Positions 1-8,446 of a stretch of DNA of 58,136 nucleotides are shown here, piece by piece. The DNA lies in the IMG/VR virus record IMGVR_UViG_3300022937_000026, positions 1-58,136 of that record. One strand, 5' to 3'. This DNA is from a virus (taxonomy: Duplodnaviria > Caudoviricetes). Below the pieces are notes generated by a model. It was not told the origin of the DNA. It worked only from the letters and a program-made list of their open reading frames with translations, and searched no databases. The translations under genes and the position numbers were made by a program. Numbering within the stretch: the stretch's first letter is position 1; each line of letters opens with the position of its first letter.

Positions 1-69
1 CAAGGGGTGCAAAGGACGATGCGTGAGCATTACAATCATATTATAAGGGCATGGCACAATGAATACTGA
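1..69 (+). CDS. 3' end of a truncated upstream CDS (hypothetical)
   Basis: Frame 1 is open from base 1 to TGA at 67-69 (QGVQRTMREHYNHIIRAWHNEY*) and overlaps the next start codon, as is typical of the coupled genes here. Confidence 0.4.
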   Translation, partial: QGVQRTMREHYNHIIRAWHNEY

Positions 70-364
70 AACTAAAACAAGCGAAATTGACACACCCGAG
101 GGACGTGAGTGGCTTCGAGGTTTATTAAAAGAACAAAATGTTCAGGTTACATTTACAAAAATAAATGGTGATGAACGTGTGATGACTTGTACATTAAAGG
201 AAGGTGTCATTCCAGCACCTGTCGCTAAAGATGAAGAAGTTAATCGCAATCGTGAAGTTAAGGATGAAGTCCAGGTAGCATGGGATGTCAATGCCAAGGG
301 ATGGCGCAGTTTCCGCTGGGCTAATGTTAAACAAGTTAATTTTAGCTTGGGGGATAATGAATAG
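59..364 (+). CDS. WYL_2 / SH3 beta-barrel-like phage protein
   Basis: Pattern VTFTKINGDERVMTCTL...WDVNAKGWRSFRW, typical of small WYL_2-type proteins of T4-like phages. Confidence 0.65.
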   Translation: MNTETKTSEIDTPEGREWLRGLLKEQNVQVTFTKINGDERVMTCTLKEGVIPAPVAKDEEVNRNREVKDEVQVAWDVNAKGWRSFRWANVKQVNFSLGDNE

Positions 365-515
365 GGTAATTGCTATTGTTGTTATTTTATTCTGTACAGG
401 TTGTTCAACAACTGTTGCAGTACTAGATGTAACAGCATCAACGGCAATTTATGCAGGTAAAACAGTAGTAAACACAATAGATGCTATTACACCTGATATA
501 GTTAATAAGGACTAA
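357..515 (+). CDS. Small putative lipoprotein
   Basis: Probable start ATG at 357 (MNRVIAIVVILFCTGC|STT): basic N-terminus, hydrophobic stretch and a lipobox-like TGC. Confidence 0.5.
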   Translation: MNRVIAIVVILFCTGCSTTVAVLDVTASTAIYAGKTVVNTIDAITPDIVNKD

Positions 516-517
516 AA

Positions 518-1078
518 ATGATCAAAAAGAAATACTATACTTGGTCTGATGTAGAAACAATGTGTATGAGCATTGTCAATCAAATGTACAAGGACAATTG
601 GCGTCCTGATTATATTGTAGGCATTACACGAGGTGGCAATGTTCCTGCTACTATTATTAGTAACATGACAGGCATTCGTTGTGAAGCACTTAAAGTTAGT
701 CTACGTGATGACAACAGCGAAAGTGAAACAAACTGCTGGATGGCAGAAGATGCCTATGGCTACGATGAACACGGTTCATATGCTCCAGAGATGGGATTCT
801 TTAAAAACAAACCAGTAGGAAAAAATATTTTAATTGTAGATGATATTAACGACACTGGTGCTACATTTAATTGGATTAAACAAGATTGGCCGAGTGGTTG
901 CTTACCTAACTCTCCTATCTGGGATCAAGTTTGGACTGACAATGTTCGTTTTGCAGTATTAACAGAAAACCTAAGCAGTAAGTTTGATGATGTGTCATAC
1001 TACTGTGACGAAGTTAACAAGGCCGAGGAAGATGTGTGGTTAGTTTATCCTTGGGAAAATGTAGGACAATATGCCTAA
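518..1078 (+). CDS. Type I phosphoribosyltransferase (xanthine/guanine PRT-like)
   Basis: DYIVGITRGG motif, PRPP-binding loop ILIVDDINDTGATF and C-terminal WLVYPWE. Confidence 0.85.
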   Translation: MIKKKYYTWSDVETMCMSIVNQMYKDNWRPDYIVGITRGGNVPATIISNMTGIRCEALKVSLRDDNSESETNCWMAEDAYGYDEHGSYAPEMGFFKNKPVGKNILIVDDINDTGATFNWIKQDWPSGCLPNSPIWDQVWTDNVRFAVLTENLSSKFDDVSYYCDEVNKAEEDVWLVYPWENVGQYA

Positions 1079-1238
1079 GTTAACTGAAAAAGAAGTAAGA
1101 TCAGAATACAAAAATATGAGAGATAATGTTCCGGGGTTTGCAGAACTTTGGCCTGATACTGATAAACATTTTTATGAATGGTGTTCTGGTTATTTAGACT
1201 ATCAACACATTACAGAGGAGAGTACCAATGCCAACTGA
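1071..1238 (+). CDS. Hypothetical protein, 55 aa (absent from the ORF track)
   Basis: ATG at 1071 preceded by AGGA; reads MPKLTEKEVRSEYKNMRDNVPGFAELWPDTDKHFYEWCSGYLDYQHITEESTNAN*; fills the gap between its neighbours and overlaps both. Confidence 0.7.
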   Translation: MPKLTEKEVRSEYKNMRDNVPGFAELWPDTDKHFYEWCSGYLDYQHITEESTNAN

Positions 1239-1458
1239 ACACGATAAAACTTGTATAGTAACCTGTACTGACAACGACAGAACAATAGAAGCAGAAGTAG
1301 ATAGATTTAATAAAGGACAGTTCGTTGATGTGTTTATGGCACAAAACAAAATTAAAATGATGTGGAATGGTAAAGTATATGTAGGAAACAAAATGGGTAT
1401 GGAGTTTACTACACCAGGTCCAAAAGAATATCAAATTAACAAAGGGAGAGGTTACTAA
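1228..1458 (+). CDS. Hypothetical protein
   Basis: GAGGAG Shine-Dalgarno upstream; coupled to neighbours. Confidence 0.75.
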   Translation: MPTEHDKTCIVTCTDNDRTIEAEVDRFNKGQFVDVFMAQNKIKMMWNGKVYVGNKMGMEFTTPGPKEYQINKGRGY

Positions 1459-1859
1459 TGGAATTCAAGGATATACCTTGGACTGACGTTTTAGTCGACA
1501 CCAGAGAGTTTACTGTTTTTAAGGACGGCTTTCCTGTCACGGAAGGACACGTTCTTTTTGTACCCAAAATAGAAGATTGGGAACACCTTGCTAAATGCTA
1601 CAAGGCTGCATATGCATGGGGTTACGATTGGGTTCAAAAAGGCTATTGCGATTCTTACAACATCGGTCAAAATGTTGGAGAAGCAGCAGGGCAAACTGTA
1701 ATGTGGCCGCACGTACATCTTATTCCAAGACGCAAGGGCGATATGGAAGATCCGAGAGGTGGAGTGAGACACGTTATACCAGACAAAGGCAACTATCGTA
1801 AAACTGATACTCAGAGGTATTACGAACATCTTGCCGACCAACAACGATTCGATTTTTGA
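1458..1859 (+). CDS. HIT family nucleotide hydrolase
   Basis: FPVTEGHVLFVPK, NIGQNVGEAAGQTVMWPHVHLIPRR (histidine-triad family motif) and DPRGGVR. Confidence 0.9.
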   Translation: MEFKDIPWTDVLVDTREFTVFKDGFPVTEGHVLFVPKIEDWEHLAKCYKAAYAWGYDWVQKGYCDSYNIGQNVGEAAGQTVMWPHVHLIPRRKGDMEDPRGGVRHVIPDKGNYRKTDTQRYYEHLADQQRFDF

Positions 1860-1870
1860 AAGGAGAAATC

Positions 1871-2077
1871 ATGGCCGATTTAAGAGAAGCGATCAAAAGT
1901 GCAGTAATTGAACACGCAAAAGGACACATCGAAAAGCATAGAATGAACGTAGAAATTCTTATGCAAAATACAGCAGGTGTAGCAGAACATCCAGATACTT
2001 TGGAAACTATTGAAAAAGAATTGCGTATTATTGCAGACTACGATGATCAATTAGAAGTTTTGAAAAAGTACTTTTAA
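1871..2077 (+). CDS. Hypothetical phage protein
   Basis: AAGGAG SD before ATG 1871 (MADLREAIK); helical protein. Confidence 0.75.
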   Translation: MADLREAIKSAVIEHAKGHIEKHRMNVEILMQNTAGVAEHPDTLETIEKELRIIADYDDQLEVLKKYF

Positions 2078-2078
2078 T

Positions 2079-2297
2079 ATGACAGAGAAAACAAGATCAT
2101 ATCAAGTCCAAGTTGATTATGATTCCGAATACCAAGAATATGTTCTTCCACTGCCGGACGGTATGCTGGAAGAACTTGGATGGGAAATTGGAGATGAGTT
2201 ACTTTGGATTGATAATAAAGACGGAACCTTTTCAATAAAAAAGGTTGACATAGACCAGGAAGAAGCGTATAATAATGACAATGAAGATAGCAACTGA
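2079..2297 (+). CDS. AbrB/MazE/SpoVT-like DNA-binding domain protein
   Basis: LPLPDGMLEELGWEIGDELLWIDNKDGTFSIKK matches the swapped-hairpin AbrB pattern. Confidence 0.6.
   Translation: MTEKTRSYQVQVDYDSEYQEYVLPLPDGMLEELGWEIGDELLWIDNKDGTFSIKKVDIDQEEAYNNDNEDSN
2245..2273 (+). promoter_or_regulatory. Consensus sigma70-type promoter upstream of the QueE-like gene
   Basis: TTGACA (2245-2250), 17-nt spacer, TATAAT (2268-2273). Confidence 0.85.
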
Positions 2298-3192
2298 AAA
2301 GAAATATTATTATAGCGAAATCTTTCACAGCATTCAAGGTGAAGGACATTATACAGGTGTACCTACTGCATGGATCAGATTCTTTCTATGTAATTTACAA
2401 TGCAATGGTTTTGGACAAATAGATCCTACAAATCCAGATACATATGAATTACCGTTTGAAGATTTTGATACTAGTACTGTTACTCGTGTAGAAGATTTGC
2501 CTGTATGGGAAAAAGGTTGTGATAGTTCTTACACATGGAGCAAGAAATTTAAACACTTAATGGGTCAAAAGACTGCTGTTGAACTTGCACATGATATTAT
2601 TAATGTATTAAAAACAGATTCTAATCCAGAAGGTTTGTTTTTGCATCCAGTAACAAAACAGAGACAACACTTCTGTGTTACTGGTGGTGAACCTTTAATG
2701 AAACACGCACAAGAAGCATTTATTGGTATTATGCGTGAGTTTGAACGTTTAGGTAATTTGCCTGCAAGTGTTACATTTGAAACAAATGGCACACAGCCAC
2801 TTACACAAGAATTTATTGATTATTGGATGAATGAAGCATCGGGTATCGAATTATTTTTTAGTGTATCGCCTAAACTTTGGTCAGTTGCAGGTGAAACTGC
2901 AAAAAAAGCAATTAAGCCTGAAACAGTAGCACAATATAGAAATTTATCTAAAAACGGACAGTTAAAATTTGTAGTAGGCAGCGAACAAAAACAATGGAAT
3001 GAGATGGAAGAAGTCATTTCACAATTCAAAGAACAAATGGTTGATTATCCTATTTGGGTTATGCCCGTTGGTGCTAGAGAAGAAGAACAAACTGCAACAG
3101 CAGGTGCTGTTGCTAAAATGGCATTTCAAAGAGGTTATAATGTAGCCGCAAGGGTACACGTATACTTGTTTGGTAATGCTATTGGAACATAA
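2281..3192 (+). CDS. queE: QueE-like radical SAM enzyme (7-carboxy-7-deazaguanine synthase family)
   Basis: EIFHSIQGEG..TGVP..WIRF..CNLQC, then CDS, VTGGEP, FETNGT, SVSPKL and RVHVYLFGN; start is ATG 2275 or 2281. Confidence 0.75.
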   Translation: MKIATEKKYYYSEIFHSIQGEGHYTGVPTAWIRFFLCNLQCNGFGQIDPTNPDTYELPFEDFDTSTVTRVEDLPVWEKGCDSSYTWSKKFKHLMGQKTAVELAHDIINVLKTDSNPEGLFLHPVTKQRQHFCVTGGEPLMKHAQEAFIGIMREFERLGNLPASVTFETNGTQPLTQEFIDYWMNEASGIELFFSVSPKLWSVAGETAKKAIKPETVAQYRNLSKNGQLKFVVGSEQKQWNEMEEVISQFKEQMVDYPIWVMPVGAREEEQTATAGAVAKMAFQRGYNVAARVHVYLFGNAIGT

Positions 3193-3201
3193 GGAATAAC
3201 T

Positions 3202-3573
3202 ATGGACTTTATTAAAAAACTTTTTGCTAAGAAAGAACAAGAAGAACCTAAAGCCACTACAACTGAAAAGCCTAAAAAACAACTTAGCGATAAGGAAAAG
3301 GCAACAGTTAAAAAAGAACCTTGGGTTGGTGTTTTAAGTACTCATGTTAACAAAGAAAATGTCCGAAATGGCTTTTTTGAGCTTGACTGGAATGAGTATT
3401 TTATAGTACAATTAAAGGAACAAGGATACGGAGTTGATGGAGACAAGGATGAGGAAGTTGTCGATCGTTGGTTCCGTGAACTTTGTGCAAACGTTGTAGT
3501 TGATGGTGACTACGGAGGACCACTTGACACTGGTAGCATAGATGCCAGTGCTGTTAAAAGAGATAATGAGTAA
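3202..3573 (+). CDS. Hypothetical phage protein
   Basis: AAGGA SD; 123-aa ORF with GFFELDWNEYF motif. Confidence 0.75.
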   Translation: MDFIKKLFAKKEQEEPKATTTEKPKKQLSDKEKATVKKEPWVGVLSTHVNKENVRNGFFELDWNEYFIVQLKEQGYGVDGDKDEEVVDRWFRELCANVVVDGDYGGPLDTGSIDASAVKRDNE

Positions 3574-4561
3574 AATGTGTCATATAATAGTAGATACGGC
3601 AAATACATTCTTTCGTGCGAGACACGCAATAAATGGTGATGCAGATATTAAGTTAGGTATGGCTTTTCATATCACACTTAATAGCATTAAGAAGGCATGG
3701 CAAGACTTTAACGGTACACACGTTGTATTCTGTTTAGAAGGTCGCAGTTGGCGTAAAGACTATTATGAACCATATAAGCGTAATAGACAAGAAGCACGTG
3801 ATGCACTGAATGAAAAACAGCAAGAAGAAGAAACAGTATTTTGGGAAGCATTTGACACGTTTAAAGACTTTGTAACTACAAAGACAAACTGTACTGTTCT
3901 ACAACACCCACAACTAGAAGCAGATGATTTGATTGCAGGTTGGATACAGAATCATCCTGATAGTGAACACGTTATTATTTCTACAGATACAGACTTTCAA
4001 CAGTTAATTGCTCCTAATGTTAAACTGTATAATGGTGTACAAGAAATAACAACTACACACGAAGGTTTCTTTGATAAGAAGGGCGAGTTAGTAATAGATA
4101 AGAAAACAAAAGAAGTTAAGGCTGCTCCAGACCCACAATGGTTGTTATTTGAAAAATGTATGCGTGGAGACACAAGTGACAATGTCTTTAGTGCGTATCC
4201 TGGAGTACGTAGAAAAGGTACAAAGAATAAGGTTGGTCTTGTAGAAGCATTTGATGATAGAACAACTAAAGGATACAACTGGAACAATCTTATGTTACAG
4301 CGTTGGGTAGATCACAACGGTCAAGAACATCGTGTTCTTGAAGACTATGAACGTAATAAAGTTCTAATTGATCTTACAGCTCAACCAGATGACATTAGAT
4401 CTATTATAAATGATGTTGTTGGCAATGCTAAAACTGCTGACAAAGATGTTGGACAGGTTGGTATTAGGCTTATGAAATTTTGTAATCTATACGATCTTAA
4501 AAAGATTTCAGATCAAGCACAAGCATATGCCGAACCATTGAATGCGAGGTATACCATATGA
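3566..4561 (+). CDS. rnh: 5'-3' exonuclease / T4 RNase H-like (FEN1 family)
   Basis: IVDTANTFFR, SWRKDYYEPYKRNR, EADDLIA, ISTDTDF and MRGDTSDNV acidic motifs of the FEN/RNase H (T4) family; likely start ATG 3566. Confidence 0.85.
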   Translation: MSKMCHIIVDTANTFFRARHAINGDADIKLGMAFHITLNSIKKAWQDFNGTHVVFCLEGRSWRKDYYEPYKRNRQEARDALNEKQQEEETVFWEAFDTFKDFVTTKTNCTVLQHPQLEADDLIAGWIQNHPDSEHVIISTDTDFQQLIAPNVKLYNGVQEITTTHEGFFDKKGELVIDKKTKEVKAAPDPQWLLFEKCMRGDTSDNVFSAYPGVRRKGTKNKVGLVEAFDDRTTKGYNWNNLMLQRWVDHNGQEHRVLEDYERNKVLIDLTAQPDDIRSIINDVVGNAKTADKDVGQVGIRLMKFCNLYDLKKISDQAQAYAEPLNARYTI

Positions 4562-5034
4562 CAGTAATTCAGGCTAAGCCTATAATTGATAATAAGTTTT
4601 GGATCGTTGAACAAGAAGGCGAGAGAGTCGGAACACTTCGTAAGAACGAAGAAAATATTTTTGTCTTTAGCAATCGAGACGGTGTGCTTACATTTAGAAA
4701 CAAAGAAAAAGTAAAAGAACAGTTTGGTCCTGATTTCTTTGTTGCTAAAATTGTAAGAGAAGCCGATGATGCTAAACCTAATGAGATTCACGGCTTCAAT
4801 ACAAGTACAAAGCCGCACAACGCTATGTATGATATACAGCGTAAACTTCCTTTGTTTACTAAGAGCAAAGAATCTAAAAGTTTATATTGTGCAGGATATT
4901 ATGTAATTCGATTTGATAAAGGTTGGGTAAAAAGTTTTTGTCCTAAACTTATTACTCTACAACGATACGAGTATAAAGGACCTTTTAAAACTGAACTAGA
5001 AATGAAGCAGGTATTGTCAAATGTCAACAAGTAG
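4558..5034 (+). CDS. Hypothetical phage protein
   Basis: ATGA overlap with the upstream gene; typical codon usage. Confidence 0.8.
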   Translation: MTVIQAKPIIDNKFWIVEQEGERVGTLRKNEENIFVFSNRDGVLTFRNKEKVKEQFGPDFFVAKIVREADDAKPNEIHGFNTSTKPHNAMYDIQRKLPLFTKSKESKSLYCAGYYVIRFDKGWVKSFCPKLITLQRYEYKGPFKTELEMKQVLSNVNK

Positions 5035-5269
5035 CATACCTACTACATTACCTACTGTAGAAAAACTCATACAGCGTACTAGAACTGCTGAAAGAAGCCA
5101 GCAGAAAGAAATTAGAATTACTATAGAAGAAGCAAAAGATTTAACAGCAGAACTAGCATTGCTAACCAGCAAATTAGGCACTACTATAGGCGAAATACAC
5201 AACTTTTTAAAGCAGATTAAACAAGAAGCAACAGAAGTTGATGTTAAATTTGATGGAGGTTCCTTCTAA
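5021..5269 (+). CDS. Hypothetical protein (coiled-coil)
   Basis: Overlapping, coupled ORF. Confidence 0.7.
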   Translation: MSTSSIPTTLPTVEKLIQRTRTAERSQQKEIRITIEEAKDLTAELALLTSKLGTTIGEIHNFLKQIKQEATEVDVKFDGGSF

Positions 5270-5275
5270 AAAAGG

Positions 5276-5282
5276 ATAAATA
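5276..5282 (+). promoter_or_regulatory. Putative late promoter (ATAAATA, T4 TATAAATA-like)
   Basis: The motif recurs in short intergenic gaps upstream of many genes in this window. Confidence 0.55.
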
Positions 5283-5313
5283 TATACGTAGTTAACTAGG
5301 AATTAATACGTAT

Positions 5314-5598
5314 ATGAGTAGACCGAAACCAAAAATTATTCTCGAACACACAAATCGAGAAACATATAAAGTAGAACAAGTACTTGAGAGCGAAGCCATA
5401 TGGGCAGTTTTTTATATGGACAAACCGTTTAACCTAAAGAGCGGAAGTGCAGTTGCTAGTTATCCAGGACCAAAATATAAAAAGGTTTCTTTCAGCAATC
5501 CGGGTCATGCGAGAAACTTAGCAAAGAAATTGAATAGGCTTTTTAATTGTAATGATTTCGCAGTTTTCAGATTATCAACAGGAGAAAGAGAATCTTAA
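5314..5598 (+). CDS. Hypothetical phage protein
   Basis: Basic 94-aa ORF (GPKYKKVSFSNPGHA) with AGGA upstream. Confidence 0.8.
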   Translation: MSRPKPKIILEHTNRETYKVEQVLESEAIWAVFYMDKPFNLKSGSAVASYPGPKYKKVSFSNPGHARNLAKKLNRLFNCNDFAVFRLSTGERES

Positions 5599-5998
5599 AG
5601 AGGATGAAAAATCTCAATTTACTAAGATTTTCTTAAAAGCAGCCGAACAAGATATAAACGATGAAATTCTAAAATCGAGAAGAATCTTATGGTGGTATAA
5701 TGTACGCCAAAAAGATTCCGGAGGTTTACGATTAACAACTGAAGGTATAGACTTCATAACCAAAGAAGCCGAAATAAAAACATATAAAATAGACTTTCCA
5801 AAAGGTCTTTCCATTACACCACAGATACTTTTGTGGCTTGACAATTTCATAGAATCACCTTATTATATTACTAAGAAGTCAATTACTGTTTTAAAAGAAA
5901 GGGCAGCATTTGAACTATACTTGTTTTCGGGCGATGTTAAAAAGATGGGATACAACAAAGCACTGTCTAAAAGACTCAGCCAGAATGACGAAGAGTAA
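5552..5998 (+). CDS. Hypothetical phage protein (start uncertain)
   Basis: Long ORF filling the gap between neighbours; typical codon usage. Confidence 0.7.
   Translation: MISQFSDYQQEKENLKEDEKSQFTKIFLKAAEQDINDEILKSRRILWWYNVRQKDSGGLRLTTEGIDFITKEAEIKTYKIDFPKGLSITPQILLWLDNFIESPYYITKKSITVLKERAAFELYLFSGDVKKMGYNKALSKRLSQNDEE
5838..5866 (+). promoter_or_regulatory. Intragenic sigma70-like promoter
   Basis: TTGACA (5838-5843), 17-nt spacer, TATTAT (5861-5866). Confidence 0.5.
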
Positions 5999-6010
5999 TA
6001 GTAGCAGTTA

Positions 6011-6017
6011 ATAAATA
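6011..6017 (+). promoter_or_regulatory. Putative late promoter (ATAAATA)
   Basis: Located in the intergenic gap 7 nt before ATG 6025. Confidence 0.5.
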
Positions 6018-6024
6018 TTTTACA

Positions 6025-6297
6025 ATGATTGAATTAAACCCTTTAGATGTATTGAACATTAGACGTCTTAAAATAATGCCTCCGCATTTTTCAAAGACAA
6101 AAGTGAGCAATACTGATAGAATTAATCCTGATCTTGCAGTTTGGATAAATTCAAAACTTAAAGGCCGATACAGTATTTTTTCCTATCCAAATTTAGATAG
6201 TGAAGAAAAACAAAAAAATTCCACATATGTGGGATTTGAAGATGAAAAAGAGCTAACATATTTTATGTTGGCTTGCCCATACTTAAGGAGAAACTAA
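6025..6297 (+). CDS. Hypothetical phage protein
   Basis: 90-aa ORF with VGFEDEKELTYFMLAC. Confidence 0.75.
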   Translation: MIELNPLDVLNIRRLKIMPPHFSKTKVSNTDRINPDLAVWINSKLKGRYSIFSYPNLDSEEKQKNSTYVGFEDEKELTYFMLACPYLRRN

Positions 6298-6609
6298 ATG
6301 ACAGAAGAAACAACACAGGCTATGGCTGAAAACACTGAGCCAAAAGCTGAAGCAGTACCAAATACTGCTACAGGAACACCTGCGCCAGAAAGCGGGCCAG
6401 TTCCAACACCAGAAGAAAAGCCTGCTAATCCTGACTTAAATGTTAGTGATTTAAATGCAGTGAAAAGTATTATTGACATTGCTACGCAGCGTGGAGCGTT
6501 TAAAGCAACTGAACTAGAAGCAGTTGGTAGAACATATAACAAACTTACAGCATTTCTAGATCATGTTACTAAACAACAACAAGCACAGCAAGGACAAAAC
6601 AATGGCTAA
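6298..6609 (+). CDS. Hypothetical protein with Pro/Thr/Glu-rich N-terminus
   Basis: AAGGAG SD; disordered N-terminus followed by the helical segment QRGAFKATELEAVG. Confidence 0.8.
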   Translation: MTEETTQAMAENTEPKAEAVPNTATGTPAPESGPVPTPEEKPANPDLNVSDLNAVKSIIDIATQRGAFKATELEAVGRTYNKLTAFLDHVTKQQQAQQGQNNG

Positions 6610-7237
6610 AGAACTAAAACACGTAGGTAAACTAAAAAATACAGGAGTCAAGGTAGCAGTTGTATTTAGAACTGTACCAGGTGAATCAGATCAAGCATTG
6701 GTGCTTCCTACAGCACAACTGCCCGATTCATATCACGACTCATTAATGAACTTACTTGAAACAACAGCAGCACAAGATGCTTTCGAACTAGGTGAAGCTA
6801 TGTTTAGAAATCAATTTCCAAATGGTACTAATATGCTAACACAAGTTCAAGCAGATGGAAGATTGCAAAAAGTTTCAACTTCAGATGTGTTAATGACACC
6901 AACACCAGTAACAGAAATTCAACTTTCAGAACTAAACACTTTGATTGCTGAACAAAAAGGTGTACAGGTTGATCAATTGTATACATTTGTTAGTGGAGCT
7001 CCGGGCGCAGATGCAACAGCACCTAAAGCGCCGGCAACAGAAACATTACCTAGTAATGAACCAGTAGCAGCATCTACAGATGGTGTTCTTTCTGATGAAG
7101 ATCTTGCAAAATCTTTACGCAGTCAAGCAGATGCTATGTTTAAAGAAGCACAGCGTTTACGTAAAGAAGCAGAAGATCTAGTTCCGACTAAAAAGAAAGC
7201 ACCCGCTAAGAAGTCAGAAGTAGCGGAAAGTGCATAA
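6602..7237 (+). CDS. Hypothetical phage protein
   Basis: AAGGA SD before ATG 6602 (MAKELKHVGK). Confidence 0.8.
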   Translation: MAKELKHVGKLKNTGVKVAVVFRTVPGESDQALVLPTAQLPDSYHDSLMNLLETTAAQDAFELGEAMFRNQFPNGTNMLTQVQADGRLQKVSTSDVLMTPTPVTEIQLSELNTLIAEQKGVQVDQLYTFVSGAPGADATAPKAPATETLPSNEPVAASTDGVLSDEDLAKSLRSQADAMFKEAQRLRKEAEDLVPTKKKAPAKKSEVAESA

Positions 7238-7535
7238 GAAATTTTTCAAGCCACCGAAAAATTTAATTAAAGAATGGCCGGAGGTATTCGACGACTTATA
7301 TATGAATACCATGCCTGTGGCCTATCTGGAGGCTCTTCTTTTGGAATTTGATGACGGTCGCGTATGGGAGATCGACATCAAAAACCAATTAAAAGATAGC
7401 AGTTCAGATGAAATAGCAAAGAAGCTGCTTGATACACTAACTGAGTTTAAAGAAACAATTAAAAAGATAGACTTTAAATTTGATGTTAACCTGTTAAAAG
7501 CAGATATCAAAAGACGTACAGACAATCTGTTATAG
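7230..7535 (+). CDS. Hypothetical phage protein
   Basis: GTG start overlapping the upstream gene; last gene of the + strand block. Confidence 0.7.
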   Translation: MHKKFFKPPKNLIKEWPEVFDDLYMNTMPVAYLEALLLEFDDGRVWEIDIKNQLKDSSSDEIAKKLLDTLTEFKETIKKIDFKFDVNLLKADIKRRTDNLL

Positions 7536-7545
7536 TTTCCAAAAT

Positions 7546-7576
7546 AATAAGGGCTGCAAGGCCCTTATTTCTTTTT
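7546..7576 (+). terminator. Rho-independent terminator between convergent operons (possibly bidirectional)
   Basis: Stem AATAAGGGC (7546-7554) / GCCCTTATT (7561-7569), loop TGCAAG, followed by TCTTTTT; A-rich on the 5' side. Confidence 0.75.
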
Positions 7577-7672
7577 AAAAGCATTTAAACGCCTTTATAT
7601 GCGCATATAATTAAGTAGGGTAAACATACTAGCGAAGTACGCAAACACCGCTGTATGACGCTTAAAATGCGT

Positions 7673-8446
7673 TTAAGACGCCTTTATTTGGGTATATATG
7701 AGCTGTGCGTTAGCTTTATTTGATTCTAAACCGCAATGTGCTAAATCTCTTGCAGTATTGGTAAATTCCAATTTATCTACACCAATATATTCACTTGTAT
7801 CATGGAACCAAGTAGCGTAATAGGTACGTGTGTCTTTCCAAAGATGCTTTACCTGTTCGCAGTTTAATAAAGAACGCACAACAGGATTTTCACTATGTTG
7901 CATATATCCAACATATCCATCTTCCAAAGACCATAAGCCGTGCATTTCGGGTTGATTATTTTGGAAACAAACCATTCTATTTAAGTTTGAATAAATGTTA
8001 ACAACTGCATACGGTGTAGGATAATTTCTTTTTAATAAAAAATTATTGTACAAATTAAAATCTAATCCAGATCCTGGAACTCCTAAATTAACCACAGGCC
8101 TTCCAGATAGTTGTTCTAAATAATAACTTATAGTTTCATCGTCAGCAACTCCAACTCCAGCTACCATTGAACACCCAAACAATACTATTGCTTCTTTCCA
8201 ATTAACCTTATCAAATTCATATGTACGATATCCTCTCGAATTAACGGCGTAATAAATTTCTTTGTTTCTATAATGCCAATCGTCAGGCATTTTCTTTAAC
8301 AGTCTTTTAAAACTTTTAGGATTATCAGATCCTGCAAAATAACCATAAGGTTCATGTGTTAGCCAATGTACTTTAAATAGATCTTCCATTGAAAAGTATT
8401 CAGGCAAGGTAACTGCATTGTCGTTTAAAAAATCTACAGGTATCAT
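7673..8446 (-). CDS. SGNH/GDSL-like hydrolase or acyltransferase
   Basis: LFGCSMVAGVG (block I), VVNLGVPGSG (block II), RDLAHCG (block V, DxxH). Confidence 0.55.
   Translation of the reverse strand: MIPVDFLNDNAVTLPEYFSMEDLFKVHWLTHEPYGYFAGSDNPKSFKRLLKKMPDDWHYRNKEIYYAVNSRGYRTYEFDKVNWKEAIVLFGCSMVAGVGVADDETISYYLEQLSGRPVVNLGVPGSGLDFNLYNNFLLKRNYPTPYAVVNIYSNLNRMVCFQNNQPEMHGLWSLEDGYVGYMQHSENPVVRSLLNCEQVKHLWKDTRTYYATWFHDTSEYIGVDKLEFTNTARDLAHCGLESNKANAQLIYTQIKAS

Noticed and set aside
2079-2297. Toxin-antitoxin (MazEF-like) module
   Set aside because: The AbrB-like gene has no adjacent toxin-like ORF; the downstream gene is QueE-like.
3383-3412. Intragenic promoter TTGACT-18-TACAAT upstream of the RNase H-like gene
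   Set aside because: Mismatches in both boxes and a non-optimal spacer make this plausible by chance in AT-rich DNA, so it was not called.
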